55,737 nt of DNA from contig JAFGIU010000063.1 of NCBI GenBank assembly GCA_016929445.1, forward strand, positions 1 through 55,737, written 5' to 3'. The position numbers and the translations under genes were made by a program. Of the stretch, positions 38,415 through 49,113 are shown in pieces; the first letter of the stretch is position 1; each line of letters opens with the position of its first letter. The DNA comes from Candidatus Omnitrophota bacterium (GTDB lineage: Bacteria > Omnitrophota > Gorgyraeia > JAFGIU01). Below the pieces are notes generated by a model. The model was not told where the DNA came from. It saw only the letters and a program-made list of their open reading frames with translations, and made no database searches.

Positions 38415-39682
38415 GATCGCTTCCCTGAGGGCTTCTTCTTGCTCACCTTCGACGAAGTTTGACGCTTCTTCCCCAACTGAAAAGCGTCATGCAGGGCCTT
38501 AACCGCTTTGTCCGCTTTCTCTTGCCGGACCACACACGATATTTTTATCTCGGAAGTGGATATCATTTCAATGTTGACCTTGGCCTTGGCCAGGGCTTCA
38601 AACATCGTGGCGGCCACGCCCGCGCTGCTGCGCATGCCCGCTCCCACCACTGAAACCTTGGCCACATTCTTGTCGGCCTGGACCCCGGCAAAGCCGATCT
38701 TTTTGGCCTCGGGTTCGACGACTTCGAGCGTGCGCTTAACGTCTTCCTGAGGCACAGTAAACGTAATGTCCGTATGGCCCGTTCGACTGATGTTTTGAAT
38801 GATCATGTCCACATTGATTTCAGCTGCGCCAAGCATTTTGAAGAGCTTTGCGGCAATACCCGGGCGGTCCGGAACATCCAAAACCGAGACCTTTGCCTCA
38901 TTCTTGTTACACGTCACCCCAGTAACCACCACACCTTCCAATGCATCGGCCTGGTTAACAATCACCGTTCCCTCCTTGTCCAAAAAGCTGGAGCGCACGT
39001 GGATTTCCACACCTGCCTTCTTTGCCAGCTCAACACTCCGCGTCTGCAATACTTGTGATCCCAGAGAAGCCATTTCGAACATTTCATCCGAAGAAATGGC
39101 ATCGAGTTTCCGCGCATCCGGACAGATACGAGGATCTGCCGTGTAAACGCCGTCCACATCCGTATAGATTTCGCACACAGGCGCCTTGAGAACCGCTGCC
39201 ATGGCAACGGCTGTAAGGTCCGATCCCCCGCGTCCAAGAGTGGTCACATTGAGTTCCGTATCCACTCCCTGGAACCCGGCCACAATCACCACTTTGCCCG
39301 CCTTCAGCGCCTTAAGCACCGTACTCGTGCTAATCTCTTGGATACGCGCCCGGGTATGGGAACCCTGGGTACGAATACCCACCTGCATACCCGTGAATGA
39401 TATGGCAGAGCCGCCGAGCTTCTCTATGGCCATGGCCAAAAGCGCCACAGAAATCTGTTCGCCTGTAGACATGAGAACAGCCAATTCCCGCTCCGACGGA
39501 GAATCTGTAATCTCAGCCGCCAGTTCCAGCAATCGATCCGTGGTATCCCCGAGAGCAGAGACTACAACCACGACCTGAGACCCTTTGCGAACGCGTTTCA
39601 TCACACGATTGGCCACACTCATGATCTTTTGAGGATCTGCAACCGAGGTCCCGCCGTATTTCTGGACTACAAGATTTGTCAT
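38411..39682 (-). CDS. lysC: Aspartate kinase
   Basis: [13 protein letters not shown], two ACT domains, ...LHDAFQL, then a K/S-rich tail. The stop overlaps the cimA ATG (ATGA). Confidence 0.93.
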   Translation of the reverse strand: MTNLVVQKYGGTSVADPQKIMSVANRVMKRVRKGSQVVVVVSALGDTTDRLLELAAEITDSPSERELAVLMSTGEQISVALLAMAIEKLGGSAISFTGMQVGIRTQGSHTRARIQEISTSTVLKALKAGKVVIVAGFQGVDTELNVTTLGRGGSDLTAVAMAAVLKAPVCEIYTDVDGVYTADPRICPDARKLDAISSDEMFEMASLGSQVLQTRSVELAKKAGVEIHVRSSFLDKEGTVIVNQADALEGVVVTGVTCNKNEAKVSVLDVPDRPGIAAKLFKMLGAAEINVDMIIQNISRTGHTDITFTVPQEDVKRTLEVVEPEAKKIGFAGVQADKNVAKVSVVGAGMRSSAGVAATMFEALAKAKVNIEMISTSEIKISCVVRQEKADKAVKALHDAFQLGKKRQTSSKVSKKKPSGKRS

Positions 39683-39687
39683 TTGCT

Positions 39688-40860
39688 TTACACCACCGTT
39701 AATACTTTTTTGCCATACGCCGCAATCAATTCCAATCCTTCTTTCAATTCCTCGTCACCGCAGGCAAAGCTGCAACGAACATGCGTACTGCACCCAAAGG
39801 CCTCTCCGGGCACCACAACCACCTTGGAATCATCCAACAACCCATCCGAGAACTGATTCCCCGTCAACCCCCACTGGGACACGCCCAGGAACAAATAGAA
39901 AGCCCCCTGAGGCTTGACATACGGTATCCCATGGGATTCACAAAAATCGATCGCGATCTGGCGGCGCCGGGTAAATGCCTTCAGCATCCCTTGGACACAA
40001 GTCTGATCTCCCTGGAGCGCGGCCAGAGCTGCGTACTGACTCACCGAAACCGGATTCGAAGTCGAATGACTCTGCAAACGTGTTGCCGCCTTTATGACAC
40101 TGAGATCGCCGGCCACATAACCCACTCTCCAGCCCGTCATTGCATAAGTCTTTGAAACCGCATTACACCAAATGGTGTGTTCTTTGGCTGCGGCACTCAG
40201 CGCCGGTACACACACATGCTTCGCACCATCGTAGATGATCTTGTCATAGATCTCATCACTGATAATCAAGAGACCCGCTTCCACCGCGATATTGACCAGC
40301 TCCTCCAACTCTTCCCGGTCATAAACGACTCCCGTAGGATTGCTCGGGCTGTTCAGGATAAGAACGCGCGACTTGGAGCTAAGCTTGGCCTTGAGATTCT
40401 CCGGCGTAATCTTAAAATTTTCTTTTGCAGTCGTCTCCAGAATTACGGGCGTGGCAGAGGCCAGACGCACCATTTCCGGATAGCTGACCCAATAGGGGGA
40501 CTGAAAGAGCACTTCATCCCCCTCCTCGCAAGTGACCTGAAGCACGTTATACAGCGAATGCTTTCCTCCACAAGAAATGAGAATCTGGTCACGGCTATAT
40601 TCCAGGCCATAGTCCGATTTGAGCAGATTCGCCACGGCATCGCGCAGGGCAGGGATTCCGGCCACAGGGGTATAACGCGTGAACCCTTCCTTGGCGGCCT
40701 TCGCAGCAGCCTCGGAAATATGGACAGGGGTATTGAAGTCAGGCTCCCCCGCTGCCAAAGAAATGACTTTGTGGCCTTCGGATCGCAATTCACCCGCACG
40801 GGCCGTAAGTGCCAAAGTAGCGGAAGGTTGAACCTGGGAAATACGGGAACTCAGTCGCAT
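39688..40860 (-). CDS. PLP-dependent aspartate/aromatic aminotransferase (class I)
   Basis: ISLAAGEPDFNTP, NSPSNPTG, and SKTYAMTGWRVGY (the PLP lysine). Confidence 0.9.
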   Translation of the reverse strand: MRLSSRISQVQPSATLALTARAGELRSEGHKVISLAAGEPDFNTPVHISEAAAKAAKEGFTRYTPVAGIPALRDAVANLLKSDYGLEYSRDQILISCGGKHSLYNVLQVTCEEGDEVLFQSPYWVSYPEMVRLASATPVILETTAKENFKITPENLKAKLSSKSRVLILNSPSNPTGVVYDREELEELVNIAVEAGLLIISDEIYDKIIYDGAKHVCVPALSAAAKEHTIWCNAVSKTYAMTGWRVGYVAGDLSVIKAATRLQSHSTSNPVSVSQYAALAALQGDQTCVQGMLKAFTRRRQIAIDFCESHGIPYVKPQGAFYLFLGVSQWGLTGNQFSDGLLDDSKVVVVPGEAFGCSTHVRCSFACGDEELKEGLELIAAYGKKVLTVV

Positions 40861-40884
40861 CAGTATCCTCCTGTTAGGCTTTGA

Positions 40885-40922
40885 CTAAAAACAGGCCCTA
40901 GGGTCACAAGGAGCCTAGGGCC
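40885..40922 (-). terminator. Rho-independent terminator after rplQ
   Basis: Minus strand reads GGCCCUAGG-N11-CCUAGGGCC followed by UGUUUUUAG. Confidence 0.8.
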
Positions 40923-40957
40923 AAAGGGATCAGGAACCGCTGTACAACTCTGAAAAG

Positions 40958-41482
40958 TTACTTCTTTTTGAAAAACTTCCGGAGATTCCCAATGAAGCCG
41001 GGGTCCTCTTTGTCCCCCTTTGAAGATTTCTTCGGCTCTTCCGTTGATTTGGTTTCTTGTTTGGCTTCCTCAGGGGTTTCGGGCGCCTTGACTGGAGCGG
41101 CCTTAATGGGTTCAGAAATCTGAATACTACGCTCTGTCAGCTCAAGGACCGCCAGACTCGCCCCGTCACCGACCCGCCGTCGTGTACGAATCACCCGGGT
41201 GTATCCCCCCTGGCGCTCCTCAAAACGCGGCGCGATTTCCCGGAAGAGTTTCCTGGTCAAGCTACGATCATTGAGCACCGAGTTGACTTGCCGGATCGCA
41301 TGCAAGTCCCCGCGCTTGCCCAGGGTAATTAGGCGTTCCGCCAGGCGCTGGGCCATTTTGGCCCTCACCACCGGAGTCTCAATCATCTCGCGCTCAAACA
41401 AGCCCCTGACGAGCATGCGCACAGTCGCGTCCCGGTGTGCCTTCTGTCTGCCAAAGTTTTTTCCAGCTTTTTTGTGTCGCAT
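40958..41482 (-). CDS. rplQ: 50S ribosomal protein L17 (with ~57-aa C-terminal extension)
   Basis: MRHKKAGKNFGRQKAHR...GGYTRVIRT. Confidence 0.95.
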   Translation of the reverse strand: MRHKKAGKNFGRQKAHRDATVRMLVRGLFEREMIETPVVRAKMAQRLAERLITLGKRGDLHAIRQVNSVLNDRSLTRKLFREIAPRFEERQGGYTRVIRTRRRVGDGASLAVLELTERSIQISEPIKAAPVKAPETPEEAKQETKSTEEPKKSSKGDKEDPGFIGNLRKFFKKK

Positions 41483-41498
41483 TGCTCAAACCTTCTCC

Positions 41499-42512
41499 CT
41501 AAACAGTCTCCGTACCCGGATCAGACACAGTGTCCACCAGTTTGGAGGTATCAATATCCATTCCCAACCTAAGGCCCATCAACTCAAGGGTTGCAGAGAT
41601 CTCGCCCAAGGATTTTTTGCCGAAATTGCGATATTTAAGCATCTCATTCTCATCCTGGGTGACCAACTCCGCCAGTGACTTGATACCTGCTTCGCGTAGG
41701 CAATTTGCGCTGCGAACAGAAAGTTCCAGTTCGGAGACAGACATTTTCAGTTTCTCGTAAAGCTCACGGTCAAACTCATGTTCCTCATCATCAGCCACTT
41801 CCGGCGGCAATTCCCCGGTGCAGAGGAAAATATCCAAGTGCGCACGGAGAATATTTGAGGCGTGCAACAGAGCCTCCTTGGGGGTCACAGACCCATTGGT
41901 CTCTATCTCCATAATGAGACGATCGTAATCCGTGATGTGTCCGACGCGGGCATCTTCCACTTTGAAGCTAACCCTCCTAACCGGGCTAAAGATCGAATCC
42001 ACCGCAATCACACCAATGGGCTGATCAGCCCTCTTATTCCCTTCAGCCGGCACATAGCCCCGGCCCCGGCCTACTTCCAACTCCATAGCAAAGCGCTCGG
42101 GACGGGTTAAAGTGGCAAGAACCAGATCCGGGTTGAGGATCTCCACCTGATCCGTGCTCTCGATCATCCCGGCCGTGATCGGGCCTTTTTTGTCGGTAAT
42201 CAAAGAAACCGTCTTGGACTGCCTGGAATGGCAGCGCACAACAAGCTGCTTCACATTGAGGACGATCTCCGTAACATCTTCGGTAACTCCCTCAACCGTT
42301 GTGAACTCATGGAGCACCCCGTCCAGCTTAATGGATGTCACAGCACTGCCTTCGATAGATGATAAAAGGATCCGGCGAAGAGAATTTCCTATCGTCATCC
42401 CATAGCCACGCTCAAACGGCTCCCCGGAAAATTTGCCGTAGGTGTTCGTGAGAGTTTCCTCTTCCCAAACAACTTCCCTCGGCATTTCAAAATCTTTCCA
42501 TTTGATTCCCAT
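41499..42512 (-). CDS. rpoA: DNA-directed RNA polymerase alpha subunit
   Basis: GYGMTIGNSLRRILLSS... and a C-terminal domain LELSVRSANCLREAGI. Confidence 0.97.
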   Translation of the reverse strand: MGIKWKDFEMPREVVWEEETLTNTYGKFSGEPFERGYGMTIGNSLRRILLSSIEGSAVTSIKLDGVLHEFTTVEGVTEDVTEIVLNVKQLVVRCHSRQSKTVSLITDKKGPITAGMIESTDQVEILNPDLVLATLTRPERFAMELEVGRGRGYVPAEGNKRADQPIGVIAVDSIFSPVRRVSFKVEDARVGHITDYDRLIMEIETNGSVTPKEALLHASNILRAHLDIFLCTGELPPEVADDEEHEFDRELYEKLKMSVSELELSVRSANCLREAGIKSLAELVTQDENEMLKYRNFGKKSLGEISATLELMGLRLGMDIDTSKLVDTVSDPGTETV

Positions 42513-42562
42513 AATCTACTCTCTGCCTCCCCTTTATGATGGTGGCTCCTCGGAGTCCCGCG

Positions 42563-43195
42563 CTACTTGGAGTATAACTCGACGATCAGCGCCTCTTGGA
42601 TCGGCTGCTGGATATCTTCGCGCATTGGCATTCTCAAAACGCCACCGGACAGGTCGTCCGCAGTTAACTTAAGCCAACTCGGTACGCCACGGTCCTGGAC
42701 CTGCTCAAGAATCTCCTTGATACGCTTGAGTCCTTCGTCGCTGGTTCGTACCTGTATTTCATCTCCAACCTTGACTTGATAGGATGGAATAGTAACCTTC
42801 CTTCCGTTCACATACACAAATCCGTGCCGTACCAACTGGCGTCCCTGCGCACGAGAAGCGGCTAAACACAAAGAGTAAGCAATATTATCCAGACGCATCT
42901 CCAAAAATTGCAACAAGCGCACGCCGGTCACCTCTTTGGAACGGTCGGCAATCTTGAAGTACCGTCTGAACTGCCGCTCCAACACACCGTAAATGCGCTT
43001 TGCCTTCTGCTTTTCGCGCAGCTGTAATCCGTAGTTGGACGCCTTACGCCTCTGCTGCATTGCGCCATGCTGTCCAGGGGCATAGGCTCGCTGATTTACC
43101 GCGCACTTCTCCATTTGGCACTTGATGCCCTTGAGGTACAGCTTCTCTCCCTCTCTACGGCATAACCGACAAGAGGGACCGGAATATCTTGCCAT
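42563..43195 (-). CDS. rpsD: 30S ribosomal protein S4
   Basis: [16 protein letters not shown]...[10 protein letters not shown] and an S4 domain. Confidence 0.97.
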   Translation of the reverse strand: MARYSGPSCRLCRREGEKLYLKGIKCQMEKCAVNQRAYAPGQHGAMQQRRKASNYGLQLREKQKAKRIYGVLERQFRRYFKIADRSKEVTGVRLLQFLEMRLDNIAYSLCLAASRAQGRQLVRHGFVYVNGRKVTIPSYQVKVGDEIQVRTSDEGLKRIKEILEQVQDRGVPSWLKLTADDLSGGVLRMPMREDIQQPIQEALIVELYSK

Positions 43196-43207
43196 TCTCT
43201 ACTCCTC

Positions 43208-43579
43208 TTAAACTCTTCTGCGCTTTGGTGCACGGCACCCGTTATGCGGAATCGGCGTCACATCCCGGATAGCAGTCACGGTGATACCCACCGACTGAAG
43301 TGCGCGAATCGCCGATTCGCGACCGGAACCCGGACCCTTCACATACACCTCAACCTCTTTAAGCCCGTACTCCTTTGCCTTTCTAGCTGCGGTTTCCGAA
43401 GCCATCTGCGAAGCAAAAGGAGTTGATTTCTTCGAACCCTTGAAACCTACGGAACCACTGCTAGCCCAAGAAAGCGTTGCTCCTTGGCGATCCGTGATCG
43501 TCACAATGGTGTTGTTGAAGGTTGCCTGGATGTGAACGATTCCACTTACGACTTGTCTTGTGATTTTCTTCTTAGCCAA
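43208..43579 (-). CDS. rpsK: 30S ribosomal protein S11
   Basis: [18 protein letters not shown]...[13 protein letters not shown]. Confidence 0.97.
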   Translation of the reverse strand: MAKKKITRQVVSGIVHIQATFNNTIVTITDRQGATLSWASSGSVGFKGSKKSTPFASQMASETAARKAKEYGLKEVEVYVKGPGSGRESAIRALQSVGITVTAIRDVTPIPHNGCRAPKRRRV

Positions 43580-43592
43580 CGTCTATTCCTTC

Positions 43593-43961
43593 CTACTTCT
43601 TGCGGCCGCCAACAGCTCGCCTAGGACCCTTCCGGGTTCGGGCATTCGTATGGGAACGCTGTCCCCTCACGGGCAAAGACCTCTTATGCCGATTCCCGCG
43701 GTAGCAGCTAATTTCCATGAGGCGCTTGATGTTCCCAGTCACCTCACGGCGCAATTCACCTTCGACTCTGTACTCGCTCTGAATAAAAGAGGTCAGTTTG
43801 GAGGCATCCGCCTCTGAAAGATCCTTCGAGCGGATTGCCGGATCAATCTGGGTCCGGCCTAAGATCTCCGCTGCCCGCGTAGGTCCGATTCCATAAATAG
43901 ACCGTAAAGCAACGTCCATCCTTTTTTCTTTGGGGAGTTCAACTCCAACAATACGTGCCAT
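43593..43961 (-). CDS. rpsM: 30S ribosomal protein S13
   Basis: MARIVGVELP...YRGNRHKRSLPVRGQRSHTNART. Confidence 0.97.
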   Translation of the reverse strand: MARIVGVELPKEKRMDVALRSIYGIGPTRAAEILGRTQIDPAIRSKDLSEADASKLTSFIQSEYRVEGELRREVTGNIKRLMEISCYRGNRHKRSLPVRGQRSHTNARTRKGPRRAVGGRKK

Positions 43962-43967
43962 AGAAGC

Positions 43968-44081
43968 TTATCCCTGTCTTTGCTTGTGCTTGGGATTCGT
44001 GCAGATGACGCGCACGACGCCTTTGCGCCGGACGATCTTGCACTGATCACACATTCTTCGCACTGATGACTTAACTTTCAT
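43968..44081 (-). CDS. rpmJ: 50S ribosomal protein L36
   Basis: Below the ORF-track size cut-off. Manual translation gives [37 protein letters not shown]. Confidence 0.93.
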   Translation of the reverse strand: MKVKSSVRRMCDQCKIVRRKGVVRVICTNPKHKQRQG

Positions 44082-44123
44082 CTTTACACCCGTTTTCGGA
44101 CCGGCCTACAAGCCGGACGGCAA

Positions 44124-44342
44124 TTACTTGTGTCGATAAGTCACTCGGCCCCGGGTCAAATCATACGGGGAGAGTTCAACCGTTACTCGATCTCCGGGCA
44201 GAATCCGGATAAAATGCATCCGCATCTTGCCTGAAACGTGGGCTCTGACTTGGTGCCCATTCTCAAGCTCAACCCTAAACACTGCATTGGGAAGTGCTTC
44301 AATGACTTTTCCTTCAACTTCTACTGCTTCTTCTTTGGCCAT
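44124..44342 (-). CDS. infA: Translation initiation factor IF-1
   Basis: [22 protein letters not shown]...[16 protein letters not shown]. Confidence 0.97.
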   Translation of the reverse strand: MAKEEAVEVEGKVIEALPNAVFRVELENGHQVRAHVSGKMRMHFIRILPGDRVTVELSPYDLTRGRVTYRHK

Positions 44343-45082
44343 TCAGTTAGAATCTCCGGACCGTTTGCAGTAATCGCGATGCTGTGCTCAAAGTGGGCTG
44401 CCAAGCTCCCATCCTGAGTTACTACTGTCCACCCGTCTTCCAGAATTTCCACCTCAGGGCGGCCCGCATTAATCATGGGCTCTATTGCCAGACACATCCC
44501 CTCTTTTAGTAAGGCCCCGAACCCGGCCTTGCCGAAGTTCGGCACCTGGGGATCCTGGTGCATCTGCGTCCCAATCCCATGCCCGGTAAACTCCCGGACC
44601 ACTCCGAATCCATGACTCTCCGCGAAGGCTTGCACTGCAGCGCCAATGTCACCTACGCGCCCGCCCGGTCTCGCCTGCGCAATCCCGACGGCTAAGCACT
44701 CCTGAGTCACATCCATAAGCTTCTGTGCCTCGGGTGTGATTCGCCCCACGGCTGCGGAAAAGGCCGCATCACCAAAATAGCCATCGTATTCTACGCCCAC
44801 GTCGATTCCCACAATATCGCCCTCCTGGAGGACGGTTTCACCTGGAATCCCGTGGACCACAACTGTATTCACCGAGGCACAAATATGTGCCGGAAACCCG
44901 CGATAGCCCTTGAAGGCCGGTTTGCCGCCAAGCTCAGAAATCAGATCCCGCGCCGCGTCATCCAAAGCCTGCGTAGTCACACCAGGCTTAATCATCTCAC
45001 TCAGGTGTGCCAAGACCTTTCCTACCATCAGGCATGGCTTACGCATCCGGTCGATCTGATCCGGTGTCTTTACCTCGATCAC
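44321..45082 (-). CDS. map: Type I methionine aminopeptidase
   Basis: ...VCHGIP-like [23 protein letters not shown] and EPM. The GTG start overlaps the secY stop (GTGA). Confidence 0.95.
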   Translation of the reverse strand: MIEVKTPDQIDRMRKPCLMVGKVLAHLSEMIKPGVTTQALDDAARDLISELGGKPAFKGYRGFPAHICASVNTVVVHGIPGETVLQEGDIVGIDVGVEYDGYFGDAAFSAAVGRITPEAQKLMDVTQECLAVGIAQARPGGRVGDIGAAVQAFAESHGFGVVREFTGHGIGTQMHQDPQVPNFGKAGFGALLKEGMCLAIEPMINAGRPEVEILEDGWTVVTQDGSLAAHFEHSIAITANGPEILTEWPKKKQ

Positions 45083-46428
45083 CTGCGGCCCTTTAGGCGC
45101 CCGCGCTTCATGAAACCCTCATAGTGCCGTGTCAGTAAGTGGGATTCAATCTGTCTCATCGTGTCCAACATAACACCGACAATAATCAACATGGCCGTCC
45201 CGCCGAAGAAACTCGCTATCGAATAAGGAATCTTCATCCACTGCCCGATCAAATCAGGGAACACGGCAATAAAAGCTAAGAACACAGCACCCGCCAAAGT
45301 AATACGCACCATCACGAAATCCAGGTAATCCACGGTCGGCCGGCCCGGACGAATTCCCGGGATAAATCCACCGTACTTCTTAATGTTGTCGGCGATATCC
45401 ACCGGATTGAACGTAATCGCAGTATAAAAATATGAAAAGAACAAAATCAAAAGGGTATACATCGGAATATAGATCGCCTTGTTTTGGAGCATGATGTTCG
45501 CAAGCCCCTGAAACCCTGCATTGGGCACCAGACCCGCTATCGTGGCCGGAAAAACCAGCAAGGATTGCGCAAAAATGATGGGGATAACACCCGCTTGGTT
45601 TACACGGAGCGGAATAAACGTGCTCTGGCCACCGTACATGCGGCGTCCTACCATGCGTTTAGCATATTGAACGGATATCTTTCTTTGACCCAGCGTAATA
45701 AGCACCACCGCAAGAACTACAAGGACCATCATGATCACCAGCAATACCAAGGTGATGGGTTGTATCTGGCGCCGCGCCGCGGAAAGCGGCGAGGCCAAAA
45801 CCCACAGCTGAAAACCTGCTGTCGGCAAACCGGCAATGATACCCGCGGTAATCAAGAGCGAAGCCCCGTTCCCTACGCCGCGCTCGGTAATAAGCTCGCC
45901 CAAATACATGATGAAGGCTGAACCACTGGTCAGAGTCAAAATGGTCAGCAGGCGAAATCCCCAACCGGGGTAGTCCACAATCTGCAAACCCCCGAAACGC
46001 GCGGGACTCTCCAGCCATAGGGCGATGAAGAAAGACTGCACCACACTCAAACCCACAGTGGCGTAGCGCGTATATTGTGTCAGCTGCTTGCGCCCCTGGT
46101 CCCCGCCTTCCTTTGCCATTTTCTCAAAGGCCGGGATTACGGCCGTCAACAACTGCATAATAATAGACGCTGTGATAAAGGGCATGATCCCCAAAGCAAA
46201 GATGGTTGCTCTTTCCATGGCGCCGCCGCTAAATAAATTAACAACACCAAAGATCGCCCCACCCTGTGTTTGGGTAAACATATCAAGGAACTCAGCCAGC
46301 TTATGGCTATTGATTCCCGGAGTCGGAATATAGGTGCCCAGCCGGTAGATCGCGACCACCCCAAGGGTGAACAGGATCTTTTTTTTCAGGTCCGGTATTT
46401 TGAAGGCGTTAACCAATGCACCCAGCAT
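45079..46428 (-). CDS. secY: Preprotein translocase subunit SecY
   Basis: 10-TM profile with ...LGIMPFITASIIMQLL... and ...GGFIPGIRPG... Confidence 0.97.
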   Translation of the reverse strand: MLGALVNAFKIPDLKKKILFTLGVVAIYRLGTYIPTPGINSHKLAEFLDMFTQTQGGAIFGVVNLFSGGAMERATIFALGIMPFITASIIMQLLTAVIPAFEKMAKEGGDQGRKQLTQYTRYATVGLSVVQSFFIALWLESPARFGGLQIVDYPGWGFRLLTILTLTSGSAFIMYLGELITERGVGNGASLLITAGIIAGLPTAGFQLWVLASPLSAARRQIQPITLVLLVIMMVLVVLAVVLITLGQRKISVQYAKRMVGRRMYGGQSTFIPLRVNQAGVIPIIFAQSLLVFPATIAGLVPNAGFQGLANIMLQNKAIYIPMYTLLILFFSYFYTAITFNPVDIADNIKKYGGFIPGIRPGRPTVDYLDFVMVRITLAGAVFLAFIAVFPDLIGQWMKIPYSIASFFGGTAMLIIVGVMLDTMRQIESHLLTRHYEGFMKRGRLKGRR

Positions 46429-46432
46429 GCGC

Positions 46433-46882
46433 TTATAACTCCAGTAATTCTACGGTCCCGCCTGCAGCCTGGACCTTTTCCCGTGCAGCCACGCTAGCCT
46501 TGTGCACAGAAATCTTGACCTTGCGTTTAAGCTCGCCCTCGGCAAGCAGCTTCACCGGCAAGGAAGCTTTGCGAATCACCCGGTTCTCCAGAAGGATTTC
46601 CGGCGTAATCTCATTTATTCCTTCGTCCAAGGATTGTAACTGCCCGGTGTTCACAATTTGATAGGCCACCTTGGGCACATGATTAAAACCAAAACGGGGC
46701 ACTCGCCGGATCAAAGAAACCTCACCCCCACCCATCCAGAGCTTATGGCCGTGGCCGGCACGGGAGTTCTGTCCTGTTTGACCCTTGCCGCAGCGAACAC
46801 CCTTTCCTGAGGCGCGCCCGCGGCCCCTGCGAATCGAAGAACGCCGGGCGCCGCTATTGGATTTGAGTTCATGAACCTTCAT
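46433..46882 (-). CDS. rplO: 50S ribosomal protein L15
   Basis: GRGRASGKGVRCGKGQTGQ. Confidence 0.95.
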   Translation of the reverse strand: MKVHELKSNSGARRSSIRRGRGRASGKGVRCGKGQTGQNSRAGHGHKLWMGGGEVSLIRRVPRFGFNHVPKVAYQIVNTGQLQSLDEGINEITPEILLENRVIRKASLPVKLLAEGELKRKVKISVHKASVAAREKVQAAGGTVELLEL

Positions 46883-47577
46883 CAGTCATTCCCCTCTCGG
46901 AGCTTTTCCAGTTCTTCCTTGCTCCGAACGCTTTGCAAACCTTCAAAAGTGGCTTTCACCACATTGATCGGATTTCGGGATCCCAAAGACTTGGTCAGGA
47001 TATCCTTAATGCCCGCAGCATCACAGGTGGCCCGGACCGCGCCGCCGGCGATAACACCTGTACCCTCACCCGCCGGCTTAAGAAGCACAATGGCCGCGCC
47101 CTGGCGGCCGAGAACCTCATGCGGAATCGTTGTACCCTTCAAGGAGATGGAAAACAAACCCTTGCGCGCGATGGAAACTCCCTTGCGAATCGCTTCCGCA
47201 ACTTCGCGGGCCCGGCCCAATCCATAACCCACCCGGCCTTTACCGTCTCCGACCACAACCAAAGCACTGAAGGAAAACCGCTTTCCACCTTTCACAACCT
47301 TGGAAACACGGTTGATCGCAATAACTTTCTCAGTAAACTCTGTATCTCGGGGTTCCTGTTTGCCCCATCCCTGGCCGCCTCGGCCCTCGCGGCCGCCACG
47401 TCCCTGTTGACCGCGCCTGCCTCCCGAAGCCCCCCGGCCTGAACCGCCTTTACCGGGGGCAGCCGCTGCAGGCGCCTCAAGGTCCGCATCCTTTTCATCC
47501 GGAGCCTGGACGTCTTCCTGAGGCTCATCCTCTGTCGGCTGATTGTCTAAAGTCTGCTCGTCTGACACTGAATTCAT
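46882..47577 (-). CDS. rpsE: 30S ribosomal protein S5 (with ~78-aa acidic + RGG-rich N-terminal extension)
   Basis: The core is [37 protein letters not shown]. No in-frame start exists nearer the core. Confidence 0.93.
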   Translation of the reverse strand: MNSVSDEQTLDNQPTEDEPQEDVQAPDEKDADLEAPAAAAPGKGGSGRGASGGRRGQQGRGGREGRGGQGWGKQEPRDTEFTEKVIAINRVSKVVKGGKRFSFSALVVVGDGKGRVGYGLGRAREVAEAIRKGVSIARKGLFSISLKGTTIPHEVLGRQGAAIVLLKPAGEGTGVIAGGAVRATCDAAGIKDILTKSLGSRNPINVVKATFEGLQSVRSKEELEKLREGND

Positions 47578-47582
47578 ACCTC

Positions 47583-47948
47583 CTAAAACTCTAATCCGCC
47601 TTTGCGCAGCGCTTCGGCCAGAGCCTTAACGCGCCCGTGATAACGATACCCACCACGGTCAAAGACCACTGCCTTGATCCCGGCCTCACCGGCCTTCTTG
47701 GCGAGCACTTCACCCAGTTTCGTCGCGGCTGCCACATTATTCCCACGAGGCAAGTCCTTGAGGGCCTGCTCGCTCGTACTGGCTGCCACCAGAGTGCGCG
47801 CAGCCATATCGTCAATCACTTGGGCATACAGATGCATATTGCTTCTAAAAACAGCCACCCGGGGTCTATCCGTTGATCCGCGCACCTTCTTGCGAACACG
47901 GCGGTGACGGCGATTCAACGATATCCTCTTTAAATTTTTAAAGGCCAT
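47583..47948 (-). CDS. rplR: 50S ribosomal protein L18
   Basis: [20 protein letters not shown]...[19 protein letters not shown]. Confidence 0.96.
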   Translation of the reverse strand: MAFKNLKRISLNRRHRRVRKKVRGSTDRPRVAVFRSNMHLYAQVIDDMAARTLVAASTSEQALKDLPRGNNVAAATKLGEVLAKKAGEAGIKAVVFDRGGYRYHGRVKALAEALRKGGLEF

Positions 47949-47962
47949 TCCTCAACTCCTTA

Positions 47963-48502
47963 CTACTTCGCTGCAGACTTGCCGGCCTTGCGACGAACAC
48001 GCTCCCCGGCATAGCGAATCCCCTTGCCCTTATAGGGCTCGGGCTTGCAGAATCCCCGGATGCGCGCGGCGGAATACCCCACCAGCTGCTTGTCCGAGCC
48101 TTCAATCACAATCTGATTCGGTTTGGGGCACTGAATCGTGATGCCCTCGGGTGAATCAAAGGTAATGGTATGCGAATAGCCCACATTCATACTCAAAGTC
48201 CTGCCCTTCATCTCCGCACGATAACCCACACCCTCAATTTCCAGTTTACGGACAAAACCCTTGGACACCCCTTCAACCATGTTAGCGATCAGGGAGCGGG
48301 TCAATCCGTGCAGGGAACGATCAAGCTTGTTGTCCGTAGGGCGGTTCACCACCAATTCCTGCTCCTGCTTTTCCACCTTCATGCGTGGATCACAGCGCAG
48401 GGACAGGCTCCCCTTGGGACCCTTGACCGCGATATCTCTCCCATCAATCGTAATTTGTACGCCTTGCGGCACTGATATTGGTTTTTTACCCACTCGAGAC
48501 AT
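47963..48502 (-). CDS. rplF: 50S ribosomal protein L6
   Basis: MSRVGKKPISVPQGV...GVGYRA...PEPYKGKGIRY. Confidence 0.96.
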   Translation of the reverse strand: MSRVGKKPISVPQGVQITIDGRDIAVKGPKGSLSLRCDPRMKVEKQEQELVVNRPTDNKLDRSLHGLTRSLIANMVEGVSKGFVRKLEIEGVGYRAEMKGRTLSMNVGYSHTITFDSPEGITIQCPKPNQIVIEGSDKQLVGYSAARIRGFCKPEPYKGKGIRYAGERVRRKAGKSAAK

Positions 48503-48508
48503 CGGAAC

Positions 48509-48907
48509 CTACCATGCGTAGCACAGGACCTCGCCGCCAAGCTTCTGCTTGCGAGCTTCCTGTGAGGTCATCACACCCTTTGAAGTCGAAATAATCGAAG
48601 TGCCCAGACCACTGAGCACCTTCGGCAGCTTATCGCAGCCCCTGTAAACCCGAAGCCCGGGTTTGGATGCGCGCTGCAAGCCGGTCAAAACAGGCTTGCC
48701 TCCAGGCGTATACCGCAAGTACACGCGGATTGCCCCCTGCACATCTGTTTCAAGAACTCGAAAATCCTTAATCATACCCTCGGCCTTGAGAATCCCTAGA
48801 ATCTCACGGGCCATCTTGGAATTACGTACAACGGTCTGCGCCTTCTTTGCCTGAATGGCATTCCGGACCACCGTCAACATGTCAGCAATGGGATCAGTAA
48901 TACTCAC
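48509..48907 (-). CDS. rpsH: 30S ribosomal protein S8
   Basis: DPIADMLTVVRNA...GGEVLCYAW. GTG start. Confidence 0.96.
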   Translation of the reverse strand: MSITDPIADMLTVVRNAIQAKKAQTVVRNSKMAREILGILKAEGMIKDFRVLETDVQGAIRVYLRYTPGGKPVLTGLQRASKPGLRVYRGCDKLPKVLSGLGTSIISTSKGVMTSQEARKQKLGGEVLCYAW

Positions 48908-48919
48908 GTTGTATTCCTT

Positions 48920-49105
48920 TTACCAGCTGGCCTTAACCACGCCGGGGATCTCGCCTCTGGACGCTGCTTCTCTGAAGCAGATTCTGCAGAGGCCGAAGCG
49001 CCTAACGTACCCACCTGAACGGCCGCACATATTACAGCGATGGTACTTGCGCACGTTGAACTTGGGGGTCCTATTGGCCTTCTCGATTAATGCTTTCTTC
49101 GCCAT
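48920..49105 (-). CDS. rpsN: 30S ribosomal protein S14, zinc-binding type Z (61 aa)
   Basis: [23 protein letters not shown]...KASW. Confidence 0.96.
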   Translation of the reverse strand: MAKKALIEKANRTPKFNVRKYHRCNMCGRSGGYVRRFGLCRICFREAASRGEIPGVVKASW

Positions 49106-49113
49106 AAACTAAA

